NCBI GenBank assembly: GCA_002633005.1
Contig: NMRA01000105.1
Span: forward strand, 310,001-374,000
DNA: 64,000 bases
Reading direction: 5' to 3'
Source: Phoronis australis
Lineage: Eukaryota; Animalia; Phoronida
Shown here piece by piece: positions 39,501 through 54,500 of the stretch. A program made the position numbers and the translations under genes. Within the stretch, counting starts at the first letter, position 1, and every line of letters begins with the position of its first letter. The notes beneath the pieces were generated by a model that searched no databases, was not told where the DNA came from, and was given only the letters and a program-made list of their open reading frames with translations.

Positions 39501-42500
39501 CACACTACCTCATTCAAATTCTCAACCTAAGCTCCCCACCTGCACCTCCAAATATCCCAGCTCAGCCCATATTACCTCCACCCCAGCCTGCCAGTACCAC
39601 GGTCCACTCACCCTCCTTGCACTCTTTAGCCACCTTCGTCTCCAACACGTCCATCTGGTGGTGCATTTGTTGAACTTGCTTGTCGCTCTGACGAGACTTA
39701 CGTTTGTACGCGATGATCACGCTTACGATGATAATGATCATGAGTGCACCTACGACGCCAAGGACAATCTTGGCCCACAGAGGGAGCACCTCCTCATCCT
39801 CGTAAATTAGCGTGCCAACCGGGAATGTGTGGTTAGAGTTGGAACCAATGATCACCTAAGGAGAAGATGATTGAAAGAAGCATGAAATTCCCATAATGTT
39901 AGGTTTGAAAACCAGTGACAAGTGACAGTTCATGCTTTTGATAATGGGGCTTCAATTCTTCTGTCCCTTTAGTGAACTATTTTTGAGCAGAGACATAAAA
40001 AGTCGTTTGGCAGTTCTAGGAGAGTCGACTTGTGGATGTGACAGTCTCGCCACCTAGTGACTATAAGAAGGGCAAGAGCCCCCCCCCCCCCCCCNCCCCC
40101 CCCCCCCCCCGAGGCTGTGCCAGTCAGCTTTTCTTCTCATGTGTATATATTACGAGGTACACAATTATGTAGTAAGAACCTTAAGTGGACATTTCAGCTT
40201 GACCTACAGCAATAAAAGAGAATTAATAAGAGAGTTCTATTGTACATTCAAATGAAATTACCTTTTAAAAATATTGCCGGTACAAGACTTGGCCCTTCCC
40301 ACCACGTCTCCAATAGCAACAACATGCAAACGCGGTGGTTATGGGCAGTATATCAACAACTGGTACTACTCCGCAAGGGTCTTACCTGTACTGTGTACTC
40401 ATTGACCCCATCCTCAGGTGTAGGTAGATCACAGTGAATCTCATCCGTAGTCTTCTGATCACGCTCACTGGCCGGTACAAGTAGACTGACCGCACAGTTA
40501 CCTTGACCTACGACGACTCGTATGTCTGCCTTGGTCAGCGTCGGAGACAGATTGGAACCCTGAGACAAAAATTGTCAGTGCATGATACAGAGATGAGCAA
40601 CATATCTCAAGTGTACACAAATTGTCAGTGCATGATACAGAGATGAGCAACATGTCTCAAGTGTACACAAATTGTCAGTGCATGATACAGAGATGAGCAA
40701 CACGTCTCAAGTGTACACAAATGTCACTCGCGCAGACAATGAGGAAGTGAAAATCAGGGATCATGTATAAGAAAAAAACATCTGAGAGACAAATGTACTG
40801 CAACCATAGTCGAAACAAAAAATCCATTTCCTAAGAACAATAAACTTTAGTTTTCAGCTGTTCACCAAGAAGGGATGTTCAGTGTCTGTACGCCATGTGC
40901 TTCACCAGCATTCTTTATCACACAAATTCACTCCAATAGTAATGAAAACAAACACAACAAGAAAAAACTGTTTGTGCAACTGTAGGTGAGGAAGACCATG
41001 CACAATAGCAATCATCGTATGCAAAACATTACCTCAATTTTCAGTGAGCCAATTTTCTTTGATATCATGAGCTGATCTTTCGGGAACTTGACAATCACGG
41101 GGTCGGGGTAGAGTTTCAACAACGATGGACTCGTCTTTTGCAAGTTCTCAATCTTCATGCCGTACACAGACTCAAGGACACTAGCTGACCGCTTGGAAAC
41201 AGCACTGGTCAGTGATGGAGACATGCATAGCAAAACTTTTTCTCCAAACACAGAGCACGTCTGTAAACAGAATACAACAAGTTAATCAGTTAGTTCACAA
41301 TTCAACGAAAAGTTTTCAGATTTCCAACTGATGACAATAGGTGCTTTAATAGTTTTGAAGACGTGGCCATTATCAGATCACTAAAAAGTTACTTCAGTAT
41401 ATTGGATGACAGTTCTAATTTTAATGATATCCAAACTTAATTGACAAACTTACATTACTCAGTAGACTAACTCAATTTCAGTCCTTAGCAGACATGGTCT
41501 AGTTTTACATCCTCTCTGTGCACAAGGTCCATGTTTCTTATACTATGAGACTGTCAAATGCAAAAAATGCCTACCCACAAATTTTGATTTGAGATGCATG
41601 CTCCACATCAAAACAATTTCCAAACCAGGAATCTGTACTTTCAACCAGCACAAAAATAGGATTGTTCTATAATTACATACTTCCAAGGGAATTAATAACA
41701 CAAGTCTGCAGTGATTCATGGTACTTAACATTCCAAGGGGGCAAACGATCCCGTCAACATTTGACTCTTGTACAACTAGTACTGAACAAGTAACCACAGG
41801 AGACCAATCACAGATATCCACACTGGATTTTTGTTTCTACATTAACAAATTTTGCATAATGTATATGCTTTATTCCCGTTTTTTTACACAAGTGGTTTGC
41901 ATGTTGGTGCATGCCTTTCGAATATAAGCATGGGTGAATTCCCCTACATAGGTCCATGCTTTACTTCATATAGGTGCACTCGTTTTGTTTACTGCTTTGC
42001 TGCCTAATGGCAATTCTTTGCATTTACATCTGTATCTTTGGGGTTCCTAGGCGTATTTTCAAGAAATCTGCCACGCTTTTAGGTCTATGGGCCCATACGT
42101 GAAACAAAGCTTTTTTTCGGGGCCTATTTTTACCCAAGTGATTCTCATATTGGTGCATGCACCCAATTTTCGCACATAAGCTGAGTTCAACCCAGATGTC
42201 CATGTGCCTAATGCCGTGGCAATACGCTAATTTTGTAAGGCCATAAGGCAATAAGACCGTCAACACTTGAAGACAGTCGCAAAGAAATAGCAACACAAAA
42301 CATCAGAAACCAAAGCACAAACCCCGAAATATCTTCGTCCATTATAATCGATGAATAGCTTGGGATCTTGAACAGCGTCAAAGTTCGTTCCAGTGATCAA
42401 CTCTTCCAATCCACCCCTACAATGTAAGCAAGGCTTATACACTTCCCATCAACTATTTACACGTAACTGTTGATGGAATGTTTTGCAAAGACAATGGCAG

Positions 42501-45500
42501 GTGGAAGCAGATTCTGCTACAATAGAAAGGACAGAAATGGAGGAGTGTAAATAATGCCATTTTGCTGTGTATAGAACTGAGAATTTCTTCACAATGATTA
42601 ACAGCCACATTGAACCCATCATACGAACTCTATATTATTAGTAAATCAAAAGGTGACAGTTAGTGGAACTGTAATGACATAACCACAATCTGATCAATTC
42701 AATATCAGTTTCATCTTCAAGAATGACATGGGTATTTTGTTCATATGACGAGGGCTTGTTTTTCAAGCCACATAATGCGAGTAACGGAACAGCCAAGAGA
42801 CCTGGCAACATGTTGGCCATGTAAAGATAAGTCATGATAAACTAGCCACAAGGACTGAATAAACCATTCGAACTACACATGGCAACACCATAGGCGTAAT
42901 ATAAAAGTACATTTTACCTCAGACAACTGACCTTAAAATATGCGAGAATCAAAACATTTTTAACAAAAGAACTTTTTGAACTTGAAATACACGGTAATGG
43001 TGGCTGCAACAATGAGCGCGACTCGACAATGAACAGTAGAAAAATAAAATATTCCACCCGTTGCCCTCGCCACCTTGGAGCAGTGAGGGTCGAGTGAACG
43101 GAAACAAATGATATCTAAGCGTGGCTTTGTCTTAGAATTAGTCACAATAGTGTACCAATGAAAATCAAATCTTACATCTTGAAGCCCACTCCGCGTCCAA
43201 AGCTGGTTATGTTAGGGTTAGGTTTGTACAGGAAGTCCGCCAGGTGGTGCCCCACTATTTCTTGCTTGTCAAACTTCAGCTTTATTACCCCAGACTGTGT
43301 CGTTACAACAGGAGATGTCTCACAGACAATCTCTGTTTCAGAGGTGCTAAAAATAGAGGTAATTAGAGGACTGAAAGTTGGTCCTTAGTGAGCACAATAG
43401 CATTGTTAACTTACTAGGTGTAAACAGATTGCCTGCATCATTAAGCTTTTTCCACCGGCTATATTTCACTGCAATGCCGAATTCAAAATCTCAGTAGACT
43501 TTCACAACCTGTGTCTAATCTATAACAGTTTCTAAGTGTACCCCATTAAAACCAGGTCACTGGGTTGACCAAAGGCAACTCAGTGTCTAGTTTTAAGAAT
43601 GTTACACAACTAACTGAATAGCGTGGTCAAATTACATTTGAGGCTTCGACAACAGAGTTGTACTTTGTCATAAACCACATGAAAACAAGCAGCATTCTAC
43701 TAAAAGTGTGTGACTTGTAAGGCCCTACAGTTCATCTCACAGTTCAACCAATAAATGTTGATAACTCGGAATTATTAAATTCATTGTCAAACAGGGTTCT
43801 GAATTAACAACCAGTTGACAGATTGGTTAATTTTAACACAAAAATAAACGATTTGAACATTATAATTCAATATGAATAACTAGACCCATTGAAACACAGC
43901 GTGAAACATCAAAATGTAAATAAGTTGCCATGATGCCATAATATAAAAATGTAAATCGGAGTACTCGGCGGACCTGCTATGGGATTCCCCTGACAATAGG
44001 GAATCCCCCATGTTGCTTTTTTAGCTTTATTCACAACGAAAGAGGGCGCACCTGATAGTGAACCAAGTCCGTGAGATGTGGACGAAACGGCTGTACACCA
44101 ACATCAAGGTACGACTTTTCGGTTCCAAAACGAAACTTTATTTTTAATATTATCATCACTTAAATGGAACCCAATAATATATAGTCTTCAGATTTACAAA
44201 TTTATATACACACAGCAGTTCATAGACGGGGTGCCCACTGCTAAGTCTTGGATTTCTGTGTCTGCCTAGTGGTCACGAGTATCTGCATGGTCAGCAGAAA
44301 TCTTTTTGAGACTTATGTTCAATAGGTTACGTGATGTGGCCAACAGGTGGCGTGCGCACCAGACTCAAAATGTTTGGGATGATGGCATAATAACAATGAC
44401 ACCAGAAAGAAAACTAAAGCTTCTTAGCACCAACAACATAATCTGTCTACAACAAGTTCACTGACAGTAATTCTGTTCTTGGACCATATGAAGGAAAATA
44501 CCACAGCCAATGTGATTGAGTTCAGGAACAAGTCAACAAATCACCAACTTATTTTGTATGTCTTTATGGTTTATTCCAAAAATTTGTGCCAAACACAGTT
44601 GCATTGACCACGTCAATTCAACTCAGCAAGCGCAATCACAAAGTCGCTTTGTGCTTGTACAACAAACGGAACATTTGCGCGACAGGTGAACATTAAAAGC
44701 ACATCCCGCAAATAGGGTCGTCACGGAATACACAGCGACAATCGAACCTCACTGTATTTACTCACAATACTGTAAACATATGGCAGGTACATTTGCTGCC
44801 TTGTTTTCGTGCCATTGAAGTTTCATATGTTATTAGTTCTCTGATTCTTTACATGGTTTTTCTCCGTTGCATTTACTTTACTCCTCCTTCCAATACCAAC
44901 AAAGCATTACTGCTGTGCTATGGGCTTTAACTCCCAAGTGAGAAAGTTTGATAGCCTGGACAAATACCCATGGATGCGTGATCTGAAATTCTTCGCCTTC
45001 TCGACATCAACGAGAGGCATGAAAATGTGCCCGATTTTCAAAACGAGGTCACGCACTTTCTTATCTCTGGGACAAAGGAGAGTTCTATCGCCGTGTAATC
45101 AGAGACGGCCCCATTGAATAAAAATCACACCAATGTTGCCACCAACAAACCATAGCTCTGTCATACCTTTTAACAGCACACGAGTTACTCCCAAACTCGA
45201 CAGATATGTCTGTGCCTGCGTCCAGGTAATTGCCTGTGATGGTCACACAAGTCCCACCTGCCTGGATACCCATCTTAGGCTCAAAGTTACTGATGGTTGG
45301 CATGACGTAGCTGAACTTTGACCTGGACACAGCCAAATACTGACCAGCAATTCTGACTGAGACCTCACCACTCTTGCTGGAGCCTGTTCTTCCTGTCTCA
45401 CAAACAATCCTGTAATACGTTCACCAACAGAGGGTGTGAGGGGCAGACAAGGTTGTGAAACGAATTAAGTAGTTGACACTTATAGAATCCGAAACAGAAA

Positions 45501-48500
45501 AAGGCTATCATATACTACAAACACAATTTAAGTAAAGGAATAAGGAATTCTGAGAGTAATAAAATTAAAGCAGCATTTCGCAGCTGTTTAACTGTCAGTG
45601 TTGAACTCTTAACCCTGTAGGGTATAAAAATCATCCCACCCTTACCCCATCTCGAATTGTTGCCCAATGAATCAGCAACTCAAGTCACAGGTAATGCGTA
45701 CAGGAACAATTATCGATATCAGAATTTTAGGGTTGGCCAACCCCAATAGACTCTGAACAGGTTTCTCGAGTCGCCGACAGATTTGCTGTTCTTATTGGAA
45801 ACAGAAATCAAGTCCTCTCAATGGTGAAGACAATTTCGAGACTGAATACAAAAGAGTAAAAGCCACAATTCGATTTTTGTTTTTAGCCAGCTGACTAGGG
45901 TGAAATGCTGTTTTAACATTATCAATATTAAAGTGAAGATAAATCAAAGTGGTCATGCAAGCATTAGTTTGAAAAGCTTGATTGAAAATAATGGCAGTCT
46001 TTGGAGCTTCCAGGTCACACCAAGATGTGATGTCAGCAAGATCACCAAGACAAGCGGATCAGTTCCTACTTACCTGGAAGTCTTCACATATTCTTTATCG
46101 ACGCACGGTACCCCCGCTACAGTCACACCATTACGGATGTCGATCCTACTCTTACCAAGGTTAATACCATTTATGGTTACCTTTGTGCCTCCGTTCAAAG
46201 GACCAGACGCGGGTGAGATCTGCAGATTAAATAACAACAATGAGCCATTATAAACATACAACTGGTGATTACTGACAACAGGCTAAAACTGAGGATGGGC
46301 GCTTTTCGAACGATTACACACCTGGGGCTTGCTTCATCAACAACTTCAAGCCCAGTCATGGCTCAGCTAGGCTGATTTTTGAAATTTTACAAACACGCAG
46401 CTCATTTATGTGGATTATAAAGTGAGTAGGGCGTAAACATGAATTACATGGAAGATATTAATGGTAGAATGTGCGCTAAAAATCTATTGTAAAACACGAG
46501 TGAGGAGAAACAATTATGGCAAAACACACAAGTACTTCGTCAAACCTTACTTTCACAACACCTGTGGAAGCATGGTTGTAACGATATTTTCATTTCACAT
46601 CTTTCGACTGAAGGAACACCCAGGTGTGTTTGACTGCTGGGGAAAAAGCACAGCAACACAATCCTTTAAAATCTACTTCACATATTCAGATAAATGAACA
46701 CTCACGCTCGTGATCTGTGGATTGGGACAGATATCCGACTGTGTGAGCCAAGTTTTGCCCCCTTGACAATCCCGTTCCACAGTACATGTGTTGGAATCAC
46801 GACACCATCCACACTGATACTTGGTATCCAGCGTCAGACAGTTGCCACAGTTCGGGGTGCCTCCAGACTCTGCCAAGTTACTGCACTTGTAGATCAGCAC
46901 CTGGATATTGCTGGGGTTGTCCAAGGTATTCTCCCCAGAGTCCGACTCCCATACAACATCGAATGGCACCAGATACGTGGGAGCATCCGTGGTGTAACTG
47001 AAGGTCTCTCGCTTGCATTTGATAACATCTCCAATTTTTTCCGCGTCTTTCTTCACCGGGTTGCCATTCTTGTTGAACTTGCAAAAGAACGTCTGCTGGA
47101 TGTTCTGAAACGGAGAGGACAACACGGACGTCAGGACAACGACATAAAGGATGGAATAAATCATAGATTGACCGAGAAATTTGTAAAAACATCTCAGAAA
47201 TACATGCATATCTCCATAACACTGCACCTTAAAACAAAGAGGAAACGGTCCAGTTTCACTGATGTGCCTTCTGCACTTTATCTTGAGACAGTTTTAGGAC
47301 AAAGGTGGCAGCACTGTCACGTTTCAATTTGAATGCAAACAAAATCAACAAGAAACAGACAAAAGGAACTTATACAATCATAAATCTTGGTAGATGTTAT
47401 CAAATCATAGACTACAAATAACGTCAAAACAATCTTATGAAAAAGTTTTCAAGAGTTCGTACATACTTCACTCTTAGCACTGTAGTTTTGGTGATAATTT
47501 ATCTTTTCAGATGTTTACAGAAAAAAAACAGCCCCGAAAAGCCTTTACTGCCCGCATCGACATTTGCTCAATTTCACGATATAACAATGCTCAACTTGCT
47601 GACAGCATATCGCAAGCTGAAATATTAAATATCGATGAAGGCAGTCTGGAACACAGCTTGTAACAAAACAGAACTATAACAAATCACAGCATCAACTGCA
47701 TGCGATGCAGCATGCCCAAACTTGCATGCTGGCAAGATCGACAGATCACACGTTACGGACTAAAGCTTGGATTTGAAATGACCGCAACATTGGTTGATTA
47801 TTAGGAGATGGGAGGTGTCCAGATAATGAGAATGACGGTGGAGGGCTGGACATAACGAGCTGCCGGTCATGAATGTAACTTGAAATTTGAAGAGCCAGCC
47901 GAGATCTTGACCAGCTAGCTGTAGTCAGGCATTACAACTCCTCTGAGTCGAGTTGTATTACCCGAAAACACTTTAACAGAGGTAAAACAGGAAAACTGAG
48001 GTCTGCGTAACGGAAAAATGTCCAGACACATTTTGGACATCAAGGTTGTGCGACTTGGGATCTGCGTGGACTTCAGAATTGCAAGGTGGTATATTGGCCA
48101 GTAAACTGGTAAATTTCGTAATGTTCAGGGCCGCTGTGGCAGGTAATCCATTCGTGAGTGTAGTAAGAATGGCACGAATGACTACAGAGGAATCCCTCAG
48201 TTTCTATGAATTGCCAACAGGTGGTGCAGCGACATAAACACAATAATTACGTTACTAAGCAAAAAGGATAAACATAACTGAACTGAAACACAACTCAAAC
48301 CATCGAAACCGCAATTCAGCATGCTTGAAACGAAGTGAAGCTAAACACTGCTACCTAAATATAGTTCTGCATTACTGAAACAATATGTTGAACGTCTAGG
48401 CCTCCTATTACAATGATACTATTATACACGGGTTTTGTCAAACAAATGTCAGTCCCAGGACTGAGGCTCCTCATTGTTAAATAATTAACAGGCTTTCAAT

Positions 48501-51500
48501 GCTTGGTTACAGCATGAACTTTACGTTATGACTACAGCCTACTGATGACCAGACAAGAACATCTACCCACACAAAGACAAACAACACATCCCCATAAAGC
48601 CAGGAGAACAGGGCACAACCATCATCAACAATCAAAAATTGTACAGCACGAATGACCAAAACATATCGCAAAATGGCAGGCATACTCCACCGGAACTATA
48701 TCAGCATTTCAAAGTTATAAAACTGTACGATATTCCTTTCTGATTTATAAACATTATCTTCCGCTTTTCATCTGCGTCACCAGCCTCACTTTCACTCGAC
48801 CTTTGCTTGCACATTGCAATATGTTCGATCACTTTTCTTCTGTTTTTGTCAATGTAACAAGTGACAAATTATTAGCAATAATTCTGAACAATGTAAAAAG
48901 GATTGGTTCAAATTGATTTTTGTCCGACTTAGTTCCCAAGATTCCTCCATTGCTACGACAAAATTTTGGCCAACACATGTAATACCAATTACTTTATACC
49001 GCAGCCAAGAAGCAGGGTATGTCATGTGAATAACAAGGTCACCAGGTTCCCAGATCCCAGTTCTCCCAACTTACAATGAAACACAGATAGACAAAGTGTA
49101 AAACAAAAGATCTGCTAGTAAAAACAACACCCAAACACACGTGCGTCTACGTGACACTGAGAGACACGTGTATGCAACTGATGCTAAGAAGTGACACCCA
49201 GATTTGGTAATAGTCGGATATAACATGCCTGCATTTTGAGAACCGGTTTTCTCCACTGAATAACAGGCATCAAACTAGTTCTCGAAATGGGGGGAGCATG
49301 TTATATTGACTACTGCCCAAGATTCAACAACAAACGGTGACAGGCAAGTGACCATGATCTTCACCTGTGGAGTATGCGGTGATCCCGACTGTGATGTGTC
49401 TAATATGAGTAACTGTAACGGTGCATAAATGCATTATGGGTAAGGGGATACACAGGTGCACTGTGGGCAACAAGTGAATATTAAATGCATTGTCTGTGAC
49501 AGCTGAGTGGTGCATTGTGGGTGACATGTAACAAGTGAATGCACTGTGGGTAAAATGTGACTGGTAACTACATTGATAATGACATGTAACTAGCCATTAC
49601 ACTGTGGGTAAAATGTGACTAGAGAACTGATGCACTGTGGGTAAAGAGGACCATTGATCACACTGGTTAAAGCACAATTGATGAATGCTTTATGGATAAC
49701 ATGTGACTGCAATGCATTGTGGGTATTTCAGTTTAATATATACAAATCATACAAATGTTTATGTAACACTACATTAAATATCAACAAACAACATTAGATA
49801 GAAGAGTTCTCCAATTAAGACATGCCAATACTACTGTGTGTCAGATCAGCAGCGATTTACATTAGAACAGTTGAGCATGTGTAAGTATGTATGTGAACTT
49901 GTGAATGAACACACAAACAGCAGACTTACATCTCTTCGCACACTCACAAAGATTTTCTTGGCAAAGCCGAGACACTTTCTTACAAAAAAGTGCCAGTTTT
50001 GCCTAATTTCTTGCAACAAATGCAGAGAGACAATACTCCCACAGACAAGAGATAACAAACCCAACCTCAACAAGACACTTCCTTTAAAGCTGTTGATTTT
50101 CAACAACAGTATGATGACCTTGACCTCTGGGATTGGACAAATAATGTATTTACCCAATCACTGTGACGCTAATGAAATTATTAAAACTGATTCCGTTATT
50201 GAAAAATACCTTACATGTTTAGTAAAAAAATACTGAGTAGCTCTGACGAGGTTTAAAAATTGGTGTATTACTCATTTATATCGAAGGGAAGGTTTAGAGG
50301 GGAGAGAGGATATGCCCCTACTAAAATGGTGGACATGTGCACTCAGATTTACACTTTCTACTGGAGTTTGATTTTTATTCAGATTTACATTCTCAACTAT
50401 GGGATAGAGTTGATATGGAGGATGAGCTAACTATTCAGGAATTTTTGAAGGCTCATGAATTAAATACCTTGAGCTAAACTGACAAAATATTTGATTTATG
50501 TCAAGTAAAACTGAAATGAATTCCAAGAATTGATCAATTTTTGGTTATATATGTTCTGAAATGTCTATGTATTATATTTTAAATTGCTGACCCGATGAAG
50601 GAAATCAAGCATATTGTATGTATGCACACATGGGCTTTTACCATTAAGTCGCTAGGTGCACAGCCAAACTGTTCAGTTTTAACATACCAGAAGATTTTCA
50701 GCTTTCACTTCGACGATCTTCGAATATCCCGAAGCGACGGCTATTCTGTTGTTAGAAGAAGTGATTTTAGGACAGTAATCTGGGCCTCTCCTCTCACTTT
50801 TCCCAGGTACCTGTTAAATACAATGGTGAGTCAAAACAAGGCAGTCAGAACAAACTCAATCCAGTGCATATGACAAATGAAAGGCTTACACTAGGTTATT
50901 GTTCCGTCATTTCTTTAACACGACCACTAAAATTGTCATTTTCAGTCCCAGAACTACTGCCTTGCTGTCAATCATCAAACAGTTATCTATCAGACGCTGA
51001 TTTATGACATATATGCAGTGTAAACCACACTTCAAAAAATTTACTTTAGTTGAGAATTTTTACTAAATGAAGGCTCACATTTTTGCCATAATGTGTGTAA
51101 AAGCAGCTGATTTATACCAATTACTGTCATGAAACTCATCTCAATTTGTCTCTTAATCACATTGGAGGCCAATTCAGAACATTGAAACAACTGACAGGCA
51201 CTACAAGTTGGCCAATCACAGGGTGTCAATGAACCAAAGGGCATGGTCTCGACAAATAATGTGCTGCAAGCTTCTTGCAAGCTCAAAAATTGCTTCTCAC
51301 CCGAGAAAGGACAGTTGAGACCAATTAGTGTTCTTGACCGCAGGCAGGTACATAACAGTTTAATGATATTTAACGCGCATGAATTCTACATTTCACTTCG
51401 ACATCCAAGGTTCACGTCGGCAATGAATCAACGGTGCACAAGTGGACACCAGGTGGCGTAGCTACTCACCTTCATGCCAGTAATCATGACATCACTGCCA

Positions 51501-54500
51501 CATCCCTCCCTGTTGTGTGTACACTTGTGCTGTCGGAGGCAGAATGTGCACGGGAACTTGCTCGTAGTACATGACGTGCATCTGAGAACAAACGCAAGCA
51601 TGAAGAGACAGTTGACGAGTTGGACCTCAGAGACACTGATGGATGAACAAGTCCACCTCAGTAATGTTAAATCTAATTCCCGCTGACAAAAATCTTTGCG
51701 TGCCATTGATTTCTATTATAGATAATAGATCAGTGAAGAGGTTCAAGTGTTCAACTGTATATTCTGGTAATGGCTCGCGCAAATTAAGCTTCCAACACCA
51801 ATCTGGGGAGCTTGCGGCAAAAAATGGTCATAATGGCCGATACTCGGGCAGATGTCGGCGTCACAAAACACCAGCTGTTAGCAATCATCTGATAAAAAAA
51901 TTGTATCTGGACACTGAAACAGCAAATTACACATGGTGGAGGCATTACTTACGAAGAATGACGACTGCAGTCAAAGAACGAGTAGTCAGTGGCTACAAAG
52001 TCCTGGCCATTGCTGCGCACAGCGAGTCGCATGGTGATGTGGTCTGTGGGAGACAGTGAACAGGTCACGTGAACAAAACAATTCCATCAGGGGGATAACT
52101 TGGGACAGAGAATATATAAAGTGACCTCTGAAGATATTGATTGCTGCGTACTGCCATCGCGAATGTGCCCAATGTCCACGTCTTCAAACAAAAATACTGG
52201 GACTTTGTCTGCCGTTCAGGACTGCAGGCCTAAGCTCATCATCATTTTTACAATATTTATCTAATTTATTCATCTAATTGTACATACTAACTAATACTAA
52301 TTTATTTCATTTCTTAATCTTTTCAATCTAATTGTACTCATCTTTCTGCATTTTACTTCATGTAATTATTTCCGATTGGGCCCACTTGAAAATTAGTGTA
52401 TTCACTGATATGGTCACCCAGTCTTTTAAAGAATTTAAATAAATATATAAATAAATTATGTAGCCGTTACCAATACAACGCGCTTCAGAAAACTCTGTTT
52501 GAATAATCTGCTGAACATATCTATTGTTACAAACAAAAGTAAAATTACCAATCAGTGGGAAGGTTGAGAATGTTAACACGTACGACAAGCAGTCTTGGTG
52601 TATCCACAAAAATCTACAAGTTTTTTTGTTAACAATCACGGATAATCCTAAATAGTTGGTAGCCAGTAACTTACAAGTAACCAGTAACGTAGCAACTAAC
52701 CAGTAACTTACCAACTAACCAGTGACTTGGCAACTAACCAGTGACTTGGCAACTAACCAGTGACTTGGCAACTAACCAGTGACTTGGCAACTAACCAGTG
52801 ACTTGGCAACTAACTACTGACTTGGCAACTAACTACTGAATTGGCAACTAATCAGTGACTTAGCAACTAATCACTGAATTAGCAACTAACCAGTGACTTG
52901 GCAACTAACCAGTGACTTGGCAACTAACTACTGACTTGGCAACTAACCAGTGACTTAGTAATTTAACAACTAACCAGTAACTTAGCAAATAATGAAACTT
53001 CCACTCACCCATGCCTGTGGGAATGTCGGGCAGGTTGCTTTTTGGTGGCGTCATACAGGTGATGCCATTATCCGTCTTGTGTCCGTCGGTTAGCAAAGGC
53101 TGTGACCCCTCGCGCATGTAGAACGCACACTGATACCTCACGCCAGTCACCGTGGGCAAGTTCTGAATGTTGATGTTCAGCTGTGGAAGATGGAATGAGA
53201 GGATAACATAAACCACGGATATTGAGGTATGAACAAAGTACAGTATCCTCGATGTTGCAAAGTGCGTTATTTGAATAACATCAGCAGAATGCTGGCACCG
53301 GGAACAAAGCACCAAAATGGCGCAAATTGATATTACCTCAAGTAATTATGTGCAATTAGCTATGAGTCTCGAGTATAACTAAAACATTTAGTTCCATAGA
53401 TATGTTACCAATATGAAGAGGATTAAAACTGAAGAATTCCAATTGACATGATTTTAGTTACTGTAAACATTCGGGTTAATGTCCTTGCCCACTCTTTACT
53501 TTTGAAAATTTTTGTATTAAGTGTCCACTGCTTCCTGAAGTGTCCACCATTTACTTTTGACGTCCGCGCTGTACTGTTGACACATATCAAGACTATAGGC
53601 AAAGTGTGTTATTCTATGCTACAACAAATTTATTTTTCCCAAAACCCAGTCTTTTCTAGCAGTTTCAAGAGCCCCTTTAAAGCCAAAGTGAGAGGCACTC
53701 TGTAAGCACCCCACATCCACGTGGCAGTTTGTGTCTGACCTATTTTCCATATATGGCAACTATTCAGTGACTAGAGAGCTAACTCGAATCATATCTACTG
53801 ACCAGCGCAAGCATGGACTTTTCTGACACAAACATTTTCAACTTGGTATACGAGTTGCAAAATTTAAACTGCACGAACAAGAGGGAGTTTGCACATAGAT
53901 ATATTTATCTAAATTTTATCTTCAACAATTTTGGTGACATTCATATGACAGGCCAGTCTTGAACTTTAGCAGATATTTTTTAATGAGTATTTTCTCCTAT
54001 TTCAAGCTGCATACTTTGCTCCTCAAATGCACGCATTGGCTAAAGAACGCCGATTCGATTTTCAAATCGCCACCTAGTCTAGTGGTAAACCCTTTGAACT
54101 TCCAATTTTGAAGATCATGGGTGGCCAGGGTCACTGTCTGGCTCGGGTTAAGCGCCCATATACGGGTAAGTACCCACCCTCAATTTCTTGACTTTTTTAC
54201 TTCAGGTACCTTTCTACGGATTAAGCACCACCTTGATTTCCAGGCTAGGCAATTTCAGCACCCAGGGTATTAACCCGAATGTTTTCAGTATGTTTTAATG
54301 CACTGAACAAGTGAAAAAGCCATGCTGTGAAAACCAACAGAACTGATGTCCAGGTTATGTGATTCAAAGAAAGCAGAATGAGGTACTCAGCAATGATTGC
54401 AGGTGCGTTCCTCAGGATACCAGGCAACTGATCGATTGTATTGAACACGCATGCAGGAAAGTAACCAATAAAAATCATTCCCACACGTCCAATAAACACG

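Noticed and set aside
16971-40110. Poly-G/C tracts containing N (16971, 24190, 30001, 40079) as G-quadruplex elements
   Set aside because: They coincide with assembly ambiguities, so the sequence is unreliable.
46694-47332. 212-aa + strand ORF (longest in the track)
   Set aside because: It is the antisense shadow of the 399-nt plexin exon and has no recognisable features.
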